Assembly: GCA_043228905.1 (NCBI GenBank) | Contig: JBHGNT010000008.1 | Span: 15,934,001-15,998,000, forward strand | DNA from: Azolla caroliniana | Taxonomy: Eukaryota > Plantae > Polypodiophyta | DNA: 64,000 nucleotides | Reading direction: 5' to 3' | Part shown: in pieces, positions 11,648 through 24,296 of the stretch | Position numbering within the stretch: position 1 is the first letter of the stretch | Layout of the letters: each line of letters begins with the position of its first letter | Position numbers and translations under genes: made by a program | The notes under the pieces: model-generated | What the model saw: only the letters and a program-made list of their open reading frames with translations | What the model was told of the DNA's origin: nothing | Database searches by the model: none

Positions 11648-11716
11648 TGGAACGTAGGGGTTGAACCCATGACCACCTGGTCTCCATTGGGCAACCTTAC
11701 CAACTGAGCTACATCC
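11648..11716 (-). mobile_element. tRNA-derived (SINE-head-like) sequence, with degenerate relatives at about 11930-11990 and 12020-12085
   Basis: Minus strand reads GGATGTAGCTCAGTTGGTAAG...GGGTTCAACCCCTACGTTCCA, with A-box and B-box but no clean anticodon arm. Confidence 0.6.
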
Positions 11717-13438
11717 ATCTGGGCATTCTTGCACTGTCTCTCTCCTTGAATCTCTTTTTTTTATCATTACATATTGTAATTAGCTTATTACTAAGTTGTA
11801 TTGTGTGGTAAGTTTGTTACAATAGGAGAAGAGAAGCACTTTGCAACTATGTCTTGGGTTTGAAACTCAATTTTCTCCCTCTCCATGACATACATACATA
11901 CTTCATACATAGATGATAGCTATTCAATTCACTAGATGCCACTTGGAAGTTGGAATGTAGGGGTTCGAAACCCAATTCCCTCACATCTCTATTACATACC
12001 TCATACATATCTCTTGATTCACTAGATGTTGTTGTGGAATGTAGGGGTTGAACCCCATGAGTTCATGGTCTCTATTAGGCAATCTCTCTCTCCCCTTATC
12101 TTTTTTTTTTCTCCCTCCATCTCTAGACTCTACATACCTTCCTTCTATCTCCTACCTATCTATAATTTTGATTGGTAGTGTAGTGTGTATGTGTCTTGTT
12201 CTTGTTGACTTTGGTTCTTTCTCCCCTTCGTCTTCTTGCCCCCACCCTAAGAGAAAGAAGGTATTCCCTTTTCTTCCAAAAAAAATCAATAACTTGATTG
12301 GTCGCGCGCGTGTGTGTGACTCATGTCTACGCTTGAGGAACTGGGACATCCCCTCCATGAGTCAATATTGGCCTCTCTATGGATGCTAAAAAATATCTAA
12401 TCTAATCTTCATTTAGAGAGAGGGAGAGAGAAGAGTGTTTGTTTGTTTATGTGTGTGTGGTCCCTTCGCACACATCCATGTTAGACTTCACATTTACAAT
12501 CGAGGAAATCTTGGACCTCCTTTATCATGTCTTGAGAGAGAGTTGTGTGTGTCTGCATGATGGGTGTGCATGTGCATGTGTTTGCTCATGTTAGACTTGA
12601 TTAGGAGCATCTATAGTTGTGGAATCTACGAACTCTCACGTCTAATTTAAGATAGAGGGATAGTTTGTGTGTGGACATGCACGCACATACACACACTCAC
12701 TCGAAACACCATTCGAACAACTGGAATTTAGGGATCATAATTGTCACATTCCTAAATCTACTTTTGCCCTTCTGTGCTAGATGCGGAGATCTTAGAAAAG
12801 AGGGGGATGTGAGCATATAATTGAGGGCCTAACCTTTGATTTGCTAGTTGTTGACTTGAGTTGAGGAGCAATGTTTGTGAAAGTATTCTTTACAACGTGG
12901 TCGGTTTTCATTTTTCATGTATGATATAATAGGAAAGTATGAGAAAATACCATAAATTTGTATGATGAACTTAGCAACTCTTTATGAGTATTTCCAACTG
13001 GCAAACTCAAAAATCTCAAACGAGCGCACTACTTTCCCAACAAAGAGAGAGGAGCATGACAATAAGGTAGAAGGGCACTGACTTACTAGATCTCGAACAT
13101 ACATTTGCTTGCCCTAGTACAATGCTTTTAGCAAAAAATAGTCCAAGTTTCGTATTGAGGTGTTAAGATTGTGAGAAATTACTTTGCACAAAATCTTGCC
13201 TAGCATGATTCCAACATAGGTTTTCCCTACTCTAATAGGTTCAGAAATGAGGCTTATCTCATCCTTTCATATGTTTGTCCCTTCTTCCCATAAAGTAACT
13301 TTCATGTATCCCCACCCTCCTAGTTTCTTCAATATATTATATTCTTCATCACTTTTCGTTGGTCTTGCTTGTCCCCACATGACAACGATATTCATTGTGC
13401 GATCATAGGATATATTATATCTTTGTGGTGTTATCTTT

Positions 13439-13482
<44 letters not shown>

Positions 13483-13499
13483 GCATCCATGTAGAGGCC

Positions 13500-13765
13500 A
13501 ATATTGACCCATGAGACCTAAGTATAGAATTGTGCTTGATGTGCGTCTCCTTCTGAAGAAGCGATAGTCATACTTCGAAGCACAAAGTCTCTATTGACAT
13601 GTGAATAAGCCATACACATATGAGACGAACCTTCTAGGCAATCTCTTAAGTATAACACTAAGGTTATCATGCCCCCCTTATGTGTCATCATGCTTTCATG
13701 AATTGCAATATATGTCGAACATGTAAAAAGCAAGTGATATTCATCTCTCAAGGACAAATACAAAA
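13500..13765 (-). mobile_element. Non-LTR retrotransposon (LINE) 3' fragment
   Basis: Translation LRDEYHLLFTCSTYIAIHE matches the C-terminal (E)DEYH(F)L..C..Y..IR motif of LINE ORF2. Ends near a (TC)n tract. Confidence 0.5.
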
Positions 13766-15092
13766 AAGGGGCAGGGCAAGTACAAGATAAATCCTCACAA
13801 GCTTAGCTATGTAACTTTGCATTAACCACAAATGTTCTTTTCAGTTTTACATATATGGATGAGCATAGCTTGTCAAACTTTTGTTGTGATTTATTAGAGA
13901 GAGAGAGAGAGAGAGAGAGAGATCAAATCCACAAAGATTGTTTTCTAGATTTGAATCTTCATAGCATGCATCGTTCATGTATAAGTTTTCACTTCTCTAA
14001 TAGGTTTAAATTGTAGCTCTACCAATTAAGTTGATAACCTTTATCCGCCTATAAACATAAAGTAACTTTTCTTTGATTTATTCTGTGACCACGTCATCCC
14101 TTCTACCATGATAACAATCATTAAAAATTCAAAAATTTCAATGAGATATTATGATCATGTATGTATTTCTACGAAGAGAATGAACGAGCAAGCAAGGGAT
14201 AGAGAGAGAGAAAGAGACAAAGTACAATCACGAAACTACATGAAAATCTTCACTAGTTTAGTTCATCTGGCTTCTACTAACTACAAGCTTCTTCTCATAA
14301 ATTAAAGCATTCATAATGTAGCTAAAATTCAACATGCTTTCTTTCCACGGAATGATACCCAATGTTGTTTCACATAATAGAGACGATGAATTATTGTTTC
14401 ATTGAATAGAGACGAATATAATTCATCTAGCTAGAACCTAGATTTAATTCTTCTAAATCAACATGCCTACTCTTGGTATGAAGCATTCTATCCGAGCATA
14501 CAATACATCAAGATTGTATGTTGATAATAGACACTCTTTTTCTTTTATGTCGTGCCAAGATGGCAATCTCATTGAGATTCTAGCATTGGTATGGGAATCA
14601 AATGCCCTTTTTTGAATAATTGAAAATGGGTCCCTCTATTGCTCTTCAAAAAACTCCGCTTAAATTTCTCAATAGTTCCATTGAGAACAATCACGTTTGT
14701 TCACCACCACAACTTTAAATATGTATCTTAAATATATTTAAAATAGTGTTCTCCCTTTATTTAATCTAATTTCCGAAGAAGAAAAAAAGATTTTTGTTCG
14801 AATGATGCCATCACCACAATGAGCTCTATTATTTAATTTTTAATAATCCTCATAAATTCCTGTAAGACAAATAATGTGTTTTCTTATGGAAAATTAACTT
14901 AATTGTTTAATTTGAGGCGAAATCTATTTTATAATACATAACAAAGGTGTCTAGTATAACTCAGTGGAGAGGGAAGGTTCATTAATCCATATCTAAATGT
15001 AATAACACGTGAGCTTTATAGTGTAGGGTGGTAGCGTGTTCCAATGTCATGGGGTGAAACCAGGCACAAATTCTGAATTTTTTGAGGAGATT

Positions 15093-15390
15093 TGGCTTAT
15101 GGTGACGTGTTTGACGGCTTGGCACATCTAGATTAGGCGTTGTAAGTTTGTTTTTCAGCAGCAAAAGCTCTCATGCGGGAAGATGATGTTAAATATCTGG
15201 TTTGATCTTGTGGCTTGGTTGCGCGATCGGTATGATTCGATTCAAGGGGATTCGGAAGAAGCAGAAAGGGCAAGGTCCAAGTTCTTACTGAAATGAAGTA
15301 GCTCACCCATGCTAGTCAAATCTTCATCGAGGCCTAAGTGGAATTACCAAGCACCTAGGTGGTTGTTTCCACCGATGGCTCCCAATATTG
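15093..15390 (+). mobile_element. 5'-truncated L1-type LINE 3' end
   Basis: Reads WLMVTCLTAWHI*IRRCKFVFQQ...NIWFDLVAWLRDRYDSIQGDSEEAERARSKF...WNYQAPRWLFPP, with the L1 ORF2 W.IW..R....F motif. Confidence 0.6.
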
Positions 15391-16074
15391 TACATGGGTT
15401 GTAATTATGTATGTATAGCTGACACAAACGTGCATTAGTATAGTCATGTTACCCAGATAATGTTGGTAGAAAAGAGTTAGTTGGGTAAAGTCGAGGTAAA
15501 ATAGGGTTTATTTCAATTTTGCTTGAGTTAAGGATCGGTTGAGTTTTTTTGTTGCTTTTGTTTGATAGTTTTGGAGTTGTTGATCCCATTGTGGATTTGG
15601 ACAAACTTTGTTGTATTCTATTTGCTAACTAATGCGAAGTACTAGTTTTTGGGAAAGAAAAAAAAACATGTGAGCTAAACATATGACATTTGCCACATTA
15701 GTGAATACTCGTGCAACTACTTGCAACAAGAATTGGTATAGTTATGTTGTGTACCCAGAGTCACATTACACCCACATATAAATAAATACTTGAATGAAGG
15801 GTGTTAGACTCTCTTTGAATAAACTTTTACACCTTGAATAAACATACAGTAGGATTACTAACAAGCTAAAGGATAGAGAGAGTTGTGTTGGCAATGGTAG
15901 ACAGTTTAAACTACTTCTTAATTGCACTTTATATTTATGCTAAAATTCCTAATAAATGTAAATAAAAATTTCATATTTTTGTCTTGTATAATATATGGAG
16001 TGACCATATGAATAAGGCGGCAGATTGCGTCACTTCTTCCATTACAACACTAAATTGGGTTGGGCTATACAAGT

Positions 16075-19000
16075 GTAATTAGAGGGTCCCTTACCCAATA
16101 ACCGTCGGACATAAGGCATCCTTGAAGAGGTGCTTAATACCTTTTGGAAGAGTCTCTAGCGTCTCCACATGCCTAAGAAGATCAAGCTATATTTTGTGGT
16201 AGATCGGCCATAGCGTGGTCCCCATTGGTGAATGGCTAGGTAAACATGGCAGCCTTGTTACGGGCATGACCGTATAATATCCCGTGGTGAGAATTTACCG
16301 TAGTATTCTATACACATGGATAAGTGTGAGGGTTAAAAGAGAGTGTAAAGAAGGGGAAGATTACTTTTAATCCTCCGAATTGAGACAACCCATTAGGCCA
16401 CGTGTGAACTTGCCTGGGGGCCTTGGGTATCGCTATAAATAAGAGGCCTAGCTACCCTCATTTCATCATCTTTTGACTATGTCGAGACTCTGTTCTTGTG
16501 GTGGGTCAACTCTTGTAGCGAGCGCGCCAGCACCAGGTACGACACGACGCCACAACGGTGGTATGGGACGCCGATCGAGTCTCGAGTCCGTCTCGATCCC
16601 TTCACTCGGGGGTGGTCAGGTGGATCGACACCCTTCTTTCTCTCTCCCCTTTCTTTCTATCTATCTATCTATCCATTCTTTATCCTTATCCTTTGCTTAC
16701 ATTAGTTCATATCTCTAATAGTTGGTATCAGAGCTCATGTTCTAATGTTTCTTTTGTTGGTTTTGTCTTCTTGATGGATGGCGATCGATCAATGTGCGGT
16801 CGACCTTGTTCCAAACAACAATCAACTAAGGAACTTCGGTAATCTTTCTTATTTTTTTCTATTTTTTCTTCTCCCTTCTAATCATGTATATGGTCATATG
16901 TAATTTTGTTTTCATTAATTCAATGATGTTGAAGTGGTATAATTGGTTATATAAAATGTTTATATATGTGCACGAGGTCAATACCTCATTTGACATATAA
17001 ATAATATGTGATTAGTGTCGTATGTGTACGAGGTTAATACCTCAATTGCGTATTACGTTCACATACATATGTTACGTATGCGTATGAGGTCAATACCTCA
17101 ATTTTGTTGTAAATGATATGCGTTTGGTCTCGTATGCGTAAGAGGTCAATACCTCAATTGCGTATTACGATTAACCCTTATTTTTAGATGTTTCGTGTGC
17201 GTAGAGGTTATATGCCTCGATTACGTATCTCGATCACATCATTTTTGGCTATTTGATGTAACGATTTGTTTAATATATGCATATGTGGTCACGTGTATAC
17301 GTATTGGATCGTATATATGTGATAATATACATATATGTATATAAGTTATTACGTGATTTTAATATCGAATGTTTTCCTTTTCGGGAAAAGGATTTTGATG
17401 GCCGTCCTCACATTTTTGTGAGAATGGCGTTGTCACCATCCCTTTTTTCAACAATTTTTTATTGTTGACATCCCCGTTGGTGACTTCGATTTTATTACGT
17501 AAAGAAATGCTTATAGCCACAATGATGTTGAGAACGTAGGGCTTGACCCACTTGATGTGAGGTCGCTCTTATGACACACATATCCAACATCCCTCCCTCA
17601 TTACATGGATGCGATGCCACCATGAGATCATTCTTACGAAAGGCATTCGTAATGACGTAACCATGTGATGGGCCACGTTGGCCTACTACGAAAAGAGGGC
17701 TCATTTGGCTTGACCATTAGGTTGCACTTTGGCGTATGCCATCGTAATTATGAGACTTGAGGTTAGGTAACGTACCAATAAAGTTCGTGGTAAATGAGGG
17801 GGAAATAAGGACTCTTGACATATATGTTTCTTTTAAAATAACATATATGGGCAAATGTCTCGCATACCTCTTATACGCATTAAATATTAAACATTCAAGA
17901 GGAGCAACCTACTTGGTTGGCTCAAGTGTTTAATGCATTTGTTCTTGAGGTCTCGAGTTCAAATATGACCAAGACCATACAACATCGTTGATACATATGA
18001 CTATAACACATATTTGGACTTGAGGTCTAAGTGCACTTCGGGGTCCTTGTAATAGGACTTAAAGAGCTGAAACCACATATGTGGGCACCGAAACATAATT
18101 TATTGTTAACATTTTTTTCGTGTATAAACTATTCATGATGCGAACATACATGGTTGAGCCTCGGGGAGCCGCCATGAAAAAATCGATATAGAGATCAAGG
18201 AAAGACATTAATTTGTCACCCCCATGGTTTTTAAAACACCTTTGTGTTACCATAGTAACCTGGTCTTCAACCTCATCTCATACGTCTAGAGGGGTAAGGA
18301 CGTGAGATCATGATATCGATTAATGTTTGCCCATGATATGTTTACATCAGGACATGATGTTATGACTATTTGTCTGACCTTATCCTATTTCTTTGCCAGA
18401 AATAATCATTCAATGGCTCAAAATAATGACCCGATGTCATCCGCTCAAGCAGAAGGAACTCAAGGAAATCCTCCTGGACTAATGTCCATTGAGATGTATT
18501 TTTCACAAAAAGGCAATACCTTAGTTTCACCGCTCAACAGATGACCGAACTTCGACAATCTCAAAGTGCTCTCGAGGAACGTGTCATTAGTTTACAACGT
18601 GAGACTAATAGACCTGATGAGCGACATGATGAACCATCGTTTGTCATTAAGCCATTCACGGGAGAAAAAAAGGAAAGAACCGAAGAAGCAATCTGCATGT
18701 GGCTGGGTTGATGGGAGTCTCATTTTGAGCTCTATCCCACGCTAGATAGTACGAAGATTGCATATGTCGGCTGAGAACTAGGGGGTAAGGCTTCCACGTG
18801 GTGGCGTGTGCTCTGAACTTTGGGGAAATTGCCCGACACCTGGATAGATTTTTTTCACAATTTTTAAGGGCCAATTTCTGCAACCTCCCTCTCAAACCGA
18901 GGCAACTCAAGATTTAATGAACCTCTCTAACAGGAAGTTTTCCCCGCTAGAAGACTATGTCCACCATGCTAGAACCTAAATCCAAAAATCGGGTCTAGAA

Positions 19001-21987
19001 GGGGACAATTGGTTAATAGCTTGTTTTGTCAATGGCATCCCCAATTTGGACTATCACTGGATAGTGCACGATAAGGATCCAAAATCCTTCGAAGAGGCCG
19101 TTGAAATAGTTCTTCGCTATCAATGCACTTCGAAGAAGGACCACAACAAACCCAACGAAGCGTCTGAGACTAAGCAGTCGCAATTCGCTGGGAAACGCAA
19201 GACACCCAACGAATTCATGGATCATGATTGTAAGCGACAACATCCTTTTTGCGTATTCTGCAAAAACGAGGGTCATACAAAAGAGCAATGTCGAAAGCTC
19301 CAACGGAAAGAGCACGACAACAAAGCTAAAACTGCAGACCATAAAGGTCAGAATCCTAATGTCCTTTAGGTCTATACACATCATTTAAGTAATTGTCAAT
19401 GTTCTTTCCCTCACAATGTATTGGGTCCCAATGATTTACTACGTGCAAACGGGTATATCAATGGATCTCCTGTACAATTTTTGTTTGATTCAAGAAGCTC
19501 ACACAACTTTGTGAATGATCGTTTGGTTTAGATATGGGGAATCCAACCCACCGTAAGTGATCACACCTATACGGTGCACTTAGTTGATGGAAGAGTACAA
19601 TACATCAACGGGGCAATTCATTCATTAGGAATTTCTATTGATACTTATATAAAGGAGGTAGACTTCCATGTAATGAATCTTTGTACCATTGATGTAATAC
19701 TGGGTTATCCCTGGTTCTATAATAAAAACTCTTCTTTATCTATTGATTGGGTTCATTATTCAATAACTTTTGTGCTGAACGATTGTACTCATTTTATTCA
19801 ATGTGTAAAAAAACAATCCCTCTCAATTGTTTCCTCTCCATCAATATCCGAATTGTCTTGTTCTACTCTATTTTATTGTGTACTTGATTCGGACATTCAC
19901 GTTTACAATATCGATAATGTCTCGATTCAATTAACATATTTTGAACAACAACTTGATGAAATCTTAAATGATTTTCGTGATGTTTTTCCGAGTGAACTAC
20001 TAGATGGATTACCTCCTAAACGTAATATAGACCATCGTATAGATATTGTACCTGGCGTTGCACCAATAAATATACCTCCTTATCGCTTAAGTTGATCCGA
20101 AGAGGATGAGGTATCTAAGCAACTCAAGGAATATTTACGAATGGGTTACATACGTTATAGTAAATCTCCATGGGGTTCACCAGTTCTCTTGGTTAAAAAG
20201 AAAGAGGGCACATGGTGTATGTGTATTAATTACCGACGCTTGAATAAAGTGACGATCAAGAATTCGTATCCATTGCCCCGGGCTAACGATCTAATTGACC
20301 GTCTCCAGGGAGCTCAGTATTTTACGAAAATTGATCTTCGTACTAGCTACCATCAAATACGTATAAGTGAGGACGATGTTCCAAAAACGGCATTTCGTAC
20401 GCGCTATGGCCTTTATGGGTTTTTGGTTATGCCTTTTGGTTTGACCAATGCTCCGGCTACATTTCAACAAGAAATGAATGACATTTTCCGAGAACAACTT
20501 GGAAAATTTGTCGTTATTTTCATGGATGATATTTTAGTTTATAGCCGTACATTACAAGAACATGCTAAACATGTCCGCTTTGTTTTACAAACATTGCGTG
20601 ACAAACAATTTTATGTGAAGATTTCAAAATGTGAGTTCTTCAAGATATCAATTACTTATCTTGGACATCTCATAACCGAAAGAGGAGTTGAAATTGATCC
20701 TTCTCGCATTGAGAAAATCAAGCTTTGGCCCACTCTTCGGAATATTCGAGAAGTTCGATCATTCGTTGGTTTTATCGGGTTTTTGCGAAAATCCCTTCGT
20801 AATTACTCCCAATTGACGACGCCGTTTACTGATCTTTTAAAAGGTCAAACGCTTAAGTCTACAAAACCTATTGTCTCGAATGCTACACTAGACCTCGCCT
20901 TTAAGGAACTCAAGGACCTGGTGTGCAAGGCTCCTTCGCTTCTTTTACCTGATCCTTCAAAACCTTTTGAGGTTGAAACCGATGCAAGCGATTATGCTAT
21001 AGGTGCTGTCTTATATCAAGATGGTAAACCAATAGCATTCGAGAGTAAGAAACTTGATTCTGCTCAATGTCGGTATACCGTTCAAGAAAAGGAGTTATTT
21101 GCAGTTATACATGCGCTCAAAACATGGCGCCATTATCTTTATGGAAATCGCTTTGTGGTAACTATGGATCACGACTCCTTGAAATATTTTTGTGACCAAC
21201 AAGACCTAAAAGGTCGTAAGGCACGATGGGTTGATCTCATCCAGGACTTTGATTTTTCGATACAATATCGTAAAGGTTCCATGAACACTGTCGCTGATGC
21301 ACTAAGTCGCATCCGTGAAGTTAACATACTTAGCTTCACTGAAATAACATCAGATCTTTATGATCACCTTTGAGGAAAGTATCTTGATGACAATTATTTT
21401 GCGAAATATTGGGCAGGAGTTGAGTCAAGAACAGACACCACCACATCCTCGAACGAATACTTCCACATTGCTAATGGTTTGCTCTACCGTAATGGGAAGG
21501 TTTGTGTTCCAGATTTGCTTGAGGTCAAAAAGAGAATTCTTTTTGAATGCCCTGATGCACCCTCAACAGGGCACCCTGGAATACATCGTACACTCATTCT
21601 CATCTCCACTCAATTCTATTGGCCTAAGATGCGTCTTGACATACATAGCTATGTGACTAAATGTCACCAATGTCATGTTAACAAAGCCGAGCGACTTAAA
21701 GCCGTGAGAGTTTTCATCCTTTGGACATTCCCAATAATAAGTGGGAAAGTATATCCATGGATTTTATTGTTAGCCTTCCTCGCACCCAAAAAGGCCATGA
21801 TGCAATCTGGGTTGTGGTTGATAGACTAACTAAAATGGCTAGATTTATTGCTACTAAAACCATGGTAACAGATCTTGGATTGGCTTACCAATTCGTTGAC
21901 GAGTTATTTCGTTTTTATGGGTTACCGATGGATATCGTGAGTGATCGAGATCCAAAGTTTACTAGTGACTTTTGGACGCAAGTCTTT
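16075..21987 (+). mobile_element. Decayed chromovirus-like Ty3/gypsy element (5' LTR to about 16720, long leader, gag-PR-RT-RH-INT), truncated by insertion at 21988
   Basis: tRNA-iMet PBS TGGTATCAGAGC at 16723-16734. Zinc knuckle CVFCKNEGHTKEQC, protease [58 protein letters not shown]. Stops and frameshifts present. LTR 5' start is approximate. Confidence 0.88.
16963..17225 (+). repeat. 56-bp-period array of GAGGT-CAAT-ACCTC hairpin motifs in the gypsy leader
   Basis: Core at 16974, 17030, 17086, 17142 and a degenerate copy at 17204. Confidence 0.85.
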
Positions 21988-22288
21988 TGAAGAGAAATGC
22001 ACGGAATATCGCTCGGCCACAACCGAGTAGTAAATCACTTCTATAAGAATCAAACACAGAAACGAGAAGTGGAGAGTACACAAAGAAAATGACACAGGAT
22101 GTTTACGTGGAAAACCCTAATAGGGAAAAACCACGGGAGCCCACAGACTCCGAACTATCACTATGAAGAGAAGGGGTACAACCACAGACTTGGAGGCAAC
22201 GACCTCGAGCTCTATTTCTTCGCATAGTGGCGGTTACAACAGAGTATCGCTCTGTATCTCTCTCTCTCACTCTCTCTTTGTACAACAA
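21988..22288 (-). mobile_element. R/U5 part of an LTR related to the 908-1675 LTR, inserted into the gypsy integrase and itself interrupted
   Basis: Starts TGAAGAG. Its reverse complement matches about 1380-1650 (AGTCTGTGG.CTCCCGTGGTTTTT...GGGTTTTCCACGT...CTCGGTTGTGGCCGAGCG). Confidence 0.75.
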
Positions 22289-24296
22289 TGTAAACGATTA
22301 CTTGCGGATGCGTTAGAAAGCAGAGAAAGCAGAGAAAGCAGAGAAAGTAGAGTACACGGGAGAGACAGAGAGAGAGAAACGTAAAAGCTATATTCAAAAA
22401 CGATATATTCACTCTCTGTATTTACAACTGTGCTCAGTAGCACTATTTATACAAGTCCTCGTGGGACTGACAGAAGTACCGCATACTTCAATGCTCAGAC
22501 GAGCATCTGACACTTACTACGAGACAATAACTGCCTAGTAGTCTAAACTAATACTAGGCCTCCGGTTACCGTCTGGATCCGGCTAACCGGCTCCCTAGCT
22601 CACCGGCTCTGTTTCTCACCAGCTTACCGATCCATCTCACTTGCCGGCTCAGGCTTATCTAGCCGATCCGGCTCCCGTTGAGCTTGCCGCTCAACACTCC
22701 CCCTCAAGCTCAATTTGAGGTTGGATCCTAGTGTCAGCCTCTGTGGCAGTCGGTTCTTCCAACTGACTTCTCTTGGCGTCGTCCGGTCCGGTTCTGTTTG
22801 CCGTGACCCCTCTTGTTCTACGCACCTCGATCTCCTCGGTCGGCTTGCTTGCTCAACAGGCCCAATTCAGCTCCCTTGCTGCTGTGACTTCGGCGCGTTC
22901 CGGTTCGCCGATCCCTTCGTGTTGGCGTCGACTTTCGCTGCCTTCTCGTCCTCTTGGCCTTGAATTGATCCGGTTCTTCTGAATCTGTCTGTTGAACTGA
23001 ATCGACTGTCTTCGATTCGTTCCATCTCTTGTCCGAATCGGTTGCTCCCGATTCGTCTTCTGGTTCCAGGCCCTTGACCACATCGGACCATGTCCGGGTC
23101 TTGGCCTTCTTCCTTCAATCGGCTCTATCCTTCTTGACTCTACCGCCGTCTGTTCTTCCCTCATCGGCGCAATCAGCAGTCTCTTTGCCTTTGCCCGTTC
23201 CGGTGTCTTTGCCCGTTCTCCCCCTCAAGTGTGGCGCGTCGAGATGCTGAACACCAAGCATTTCGGTGAAGTGCTGCAACTTGTTCGATCCAAGAGGTTT
23301 GGTGAAGATGTCGGAAACTTGCCAATCCATGTGAACATACCGAAGTTCGACCTCACCGCTCAGGACACGCTCACGCACGAAGTGATAGTGCACTTCTATG
23401 TGCTTTGTGCGAGCATGGAATACGGGGTTCTTGGCGAGTTGCATGCTGCTTATGTTGTCGTAGTAGACCAGAATCGGGGTCGGTACCTCGATCCGTAGGT
23501 CTTGCAGTAGTCGTCGAAGCCAAATGGCTTCACAGGTGGCAATGGTAGCGCCCCGATACTCAGCCTCAGTGCTCAACAGAGCAACTGTTGGCTGCTTTTT
23601 TCTGCTCCATGCAACAGTTGCGCTCCCAAGGGAAAACATAAAACTGGAAGTGGATCTGCGATCCGACGCATCGCTAGCCCAGTCGGCATCCGTGTAACCG
23701 ACTAGCTCTTCGGTTATACCTCGCCGGTATAACAGTCCCTGGTCCTTCGTGCCGCTTACATATCGCAGTATCCGCTGCGCACACTGAAGGTGCTCCATGG
23801 TCGGCTTCTGCATGAACTGACTTATCATTTCGACTGGATAACTGATGTCGGGTCGCGTGATAGTCAAGTAAATAAGGCTTCCAACAATTTGTCGGAACCG
23901 TTTCTCATTGTAGGCCAGTCCGGAGTTGGGACGAAGTTTCTGGTTCCGGTCCAAGGGTGTGGAGACATGTCGGCATTCTGTCATGCCGAACTTGTACAGC
24001 ATATTCCAGACGTAATGTCATTCTGAGAGCAATATGCCGTCGGGGGTTCGGATCACCTCGATCCCAAGAAAATAATGAAGGTCCCCCAGGTCCTTCATCT
24101 TAAATGCGTCCGATAACTGGGACTTGACGCGGTTGACTTCTGGAAGATCCGGTCCGGTGATGACTAAATCATCAATATACAACAGGATACATACCGAACC
24201 GGCTGAGCCTTGCCGAATGAACAACGAAGAGTCGGACTTGGAGGCCGCAAACCCCATCTTACGCAACTGGTGCATGATCTTCGCATTCCAAGCTCG
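22289..24296 (-). mobile_element. Ty1/copia 3' part (3' LTR 22289-22696, PPT, RT-RH), 5' part deleted
   Basis: LTR TGTAAACG...CTCAACA is homologous to 50798-51222. PPT complement CTCCCCCT at 22697. RT LYIDDL, RH YTDADWA/TEAEY/HARTKHIEVHYHF. Confidence 0.9.

Noticed and set aside
11648-11716. Functional tRNA gene
   Set aside because: A- and B-boxes are present but there is no coherent anticodon arm, and degenerate copies nearby point to a SINE-like relic.
16963-17225. CRISPR-like array (palindromic repeat with spacers)
   Set aside because: Spacers 1 and 3 and spacers 2 and 4 resemble each other, so it is a 112-bp dimeric tandem repeat. There are no cas genes and the context is a eukaryotic retroelement.
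21988-22696. Apparent chimeric LTR (U3 of one family, U5 of another)
   Set aside because: A proper LTR terminus TGTAAACG at 22289 matches 50798, so this is one element nested in another LTR.
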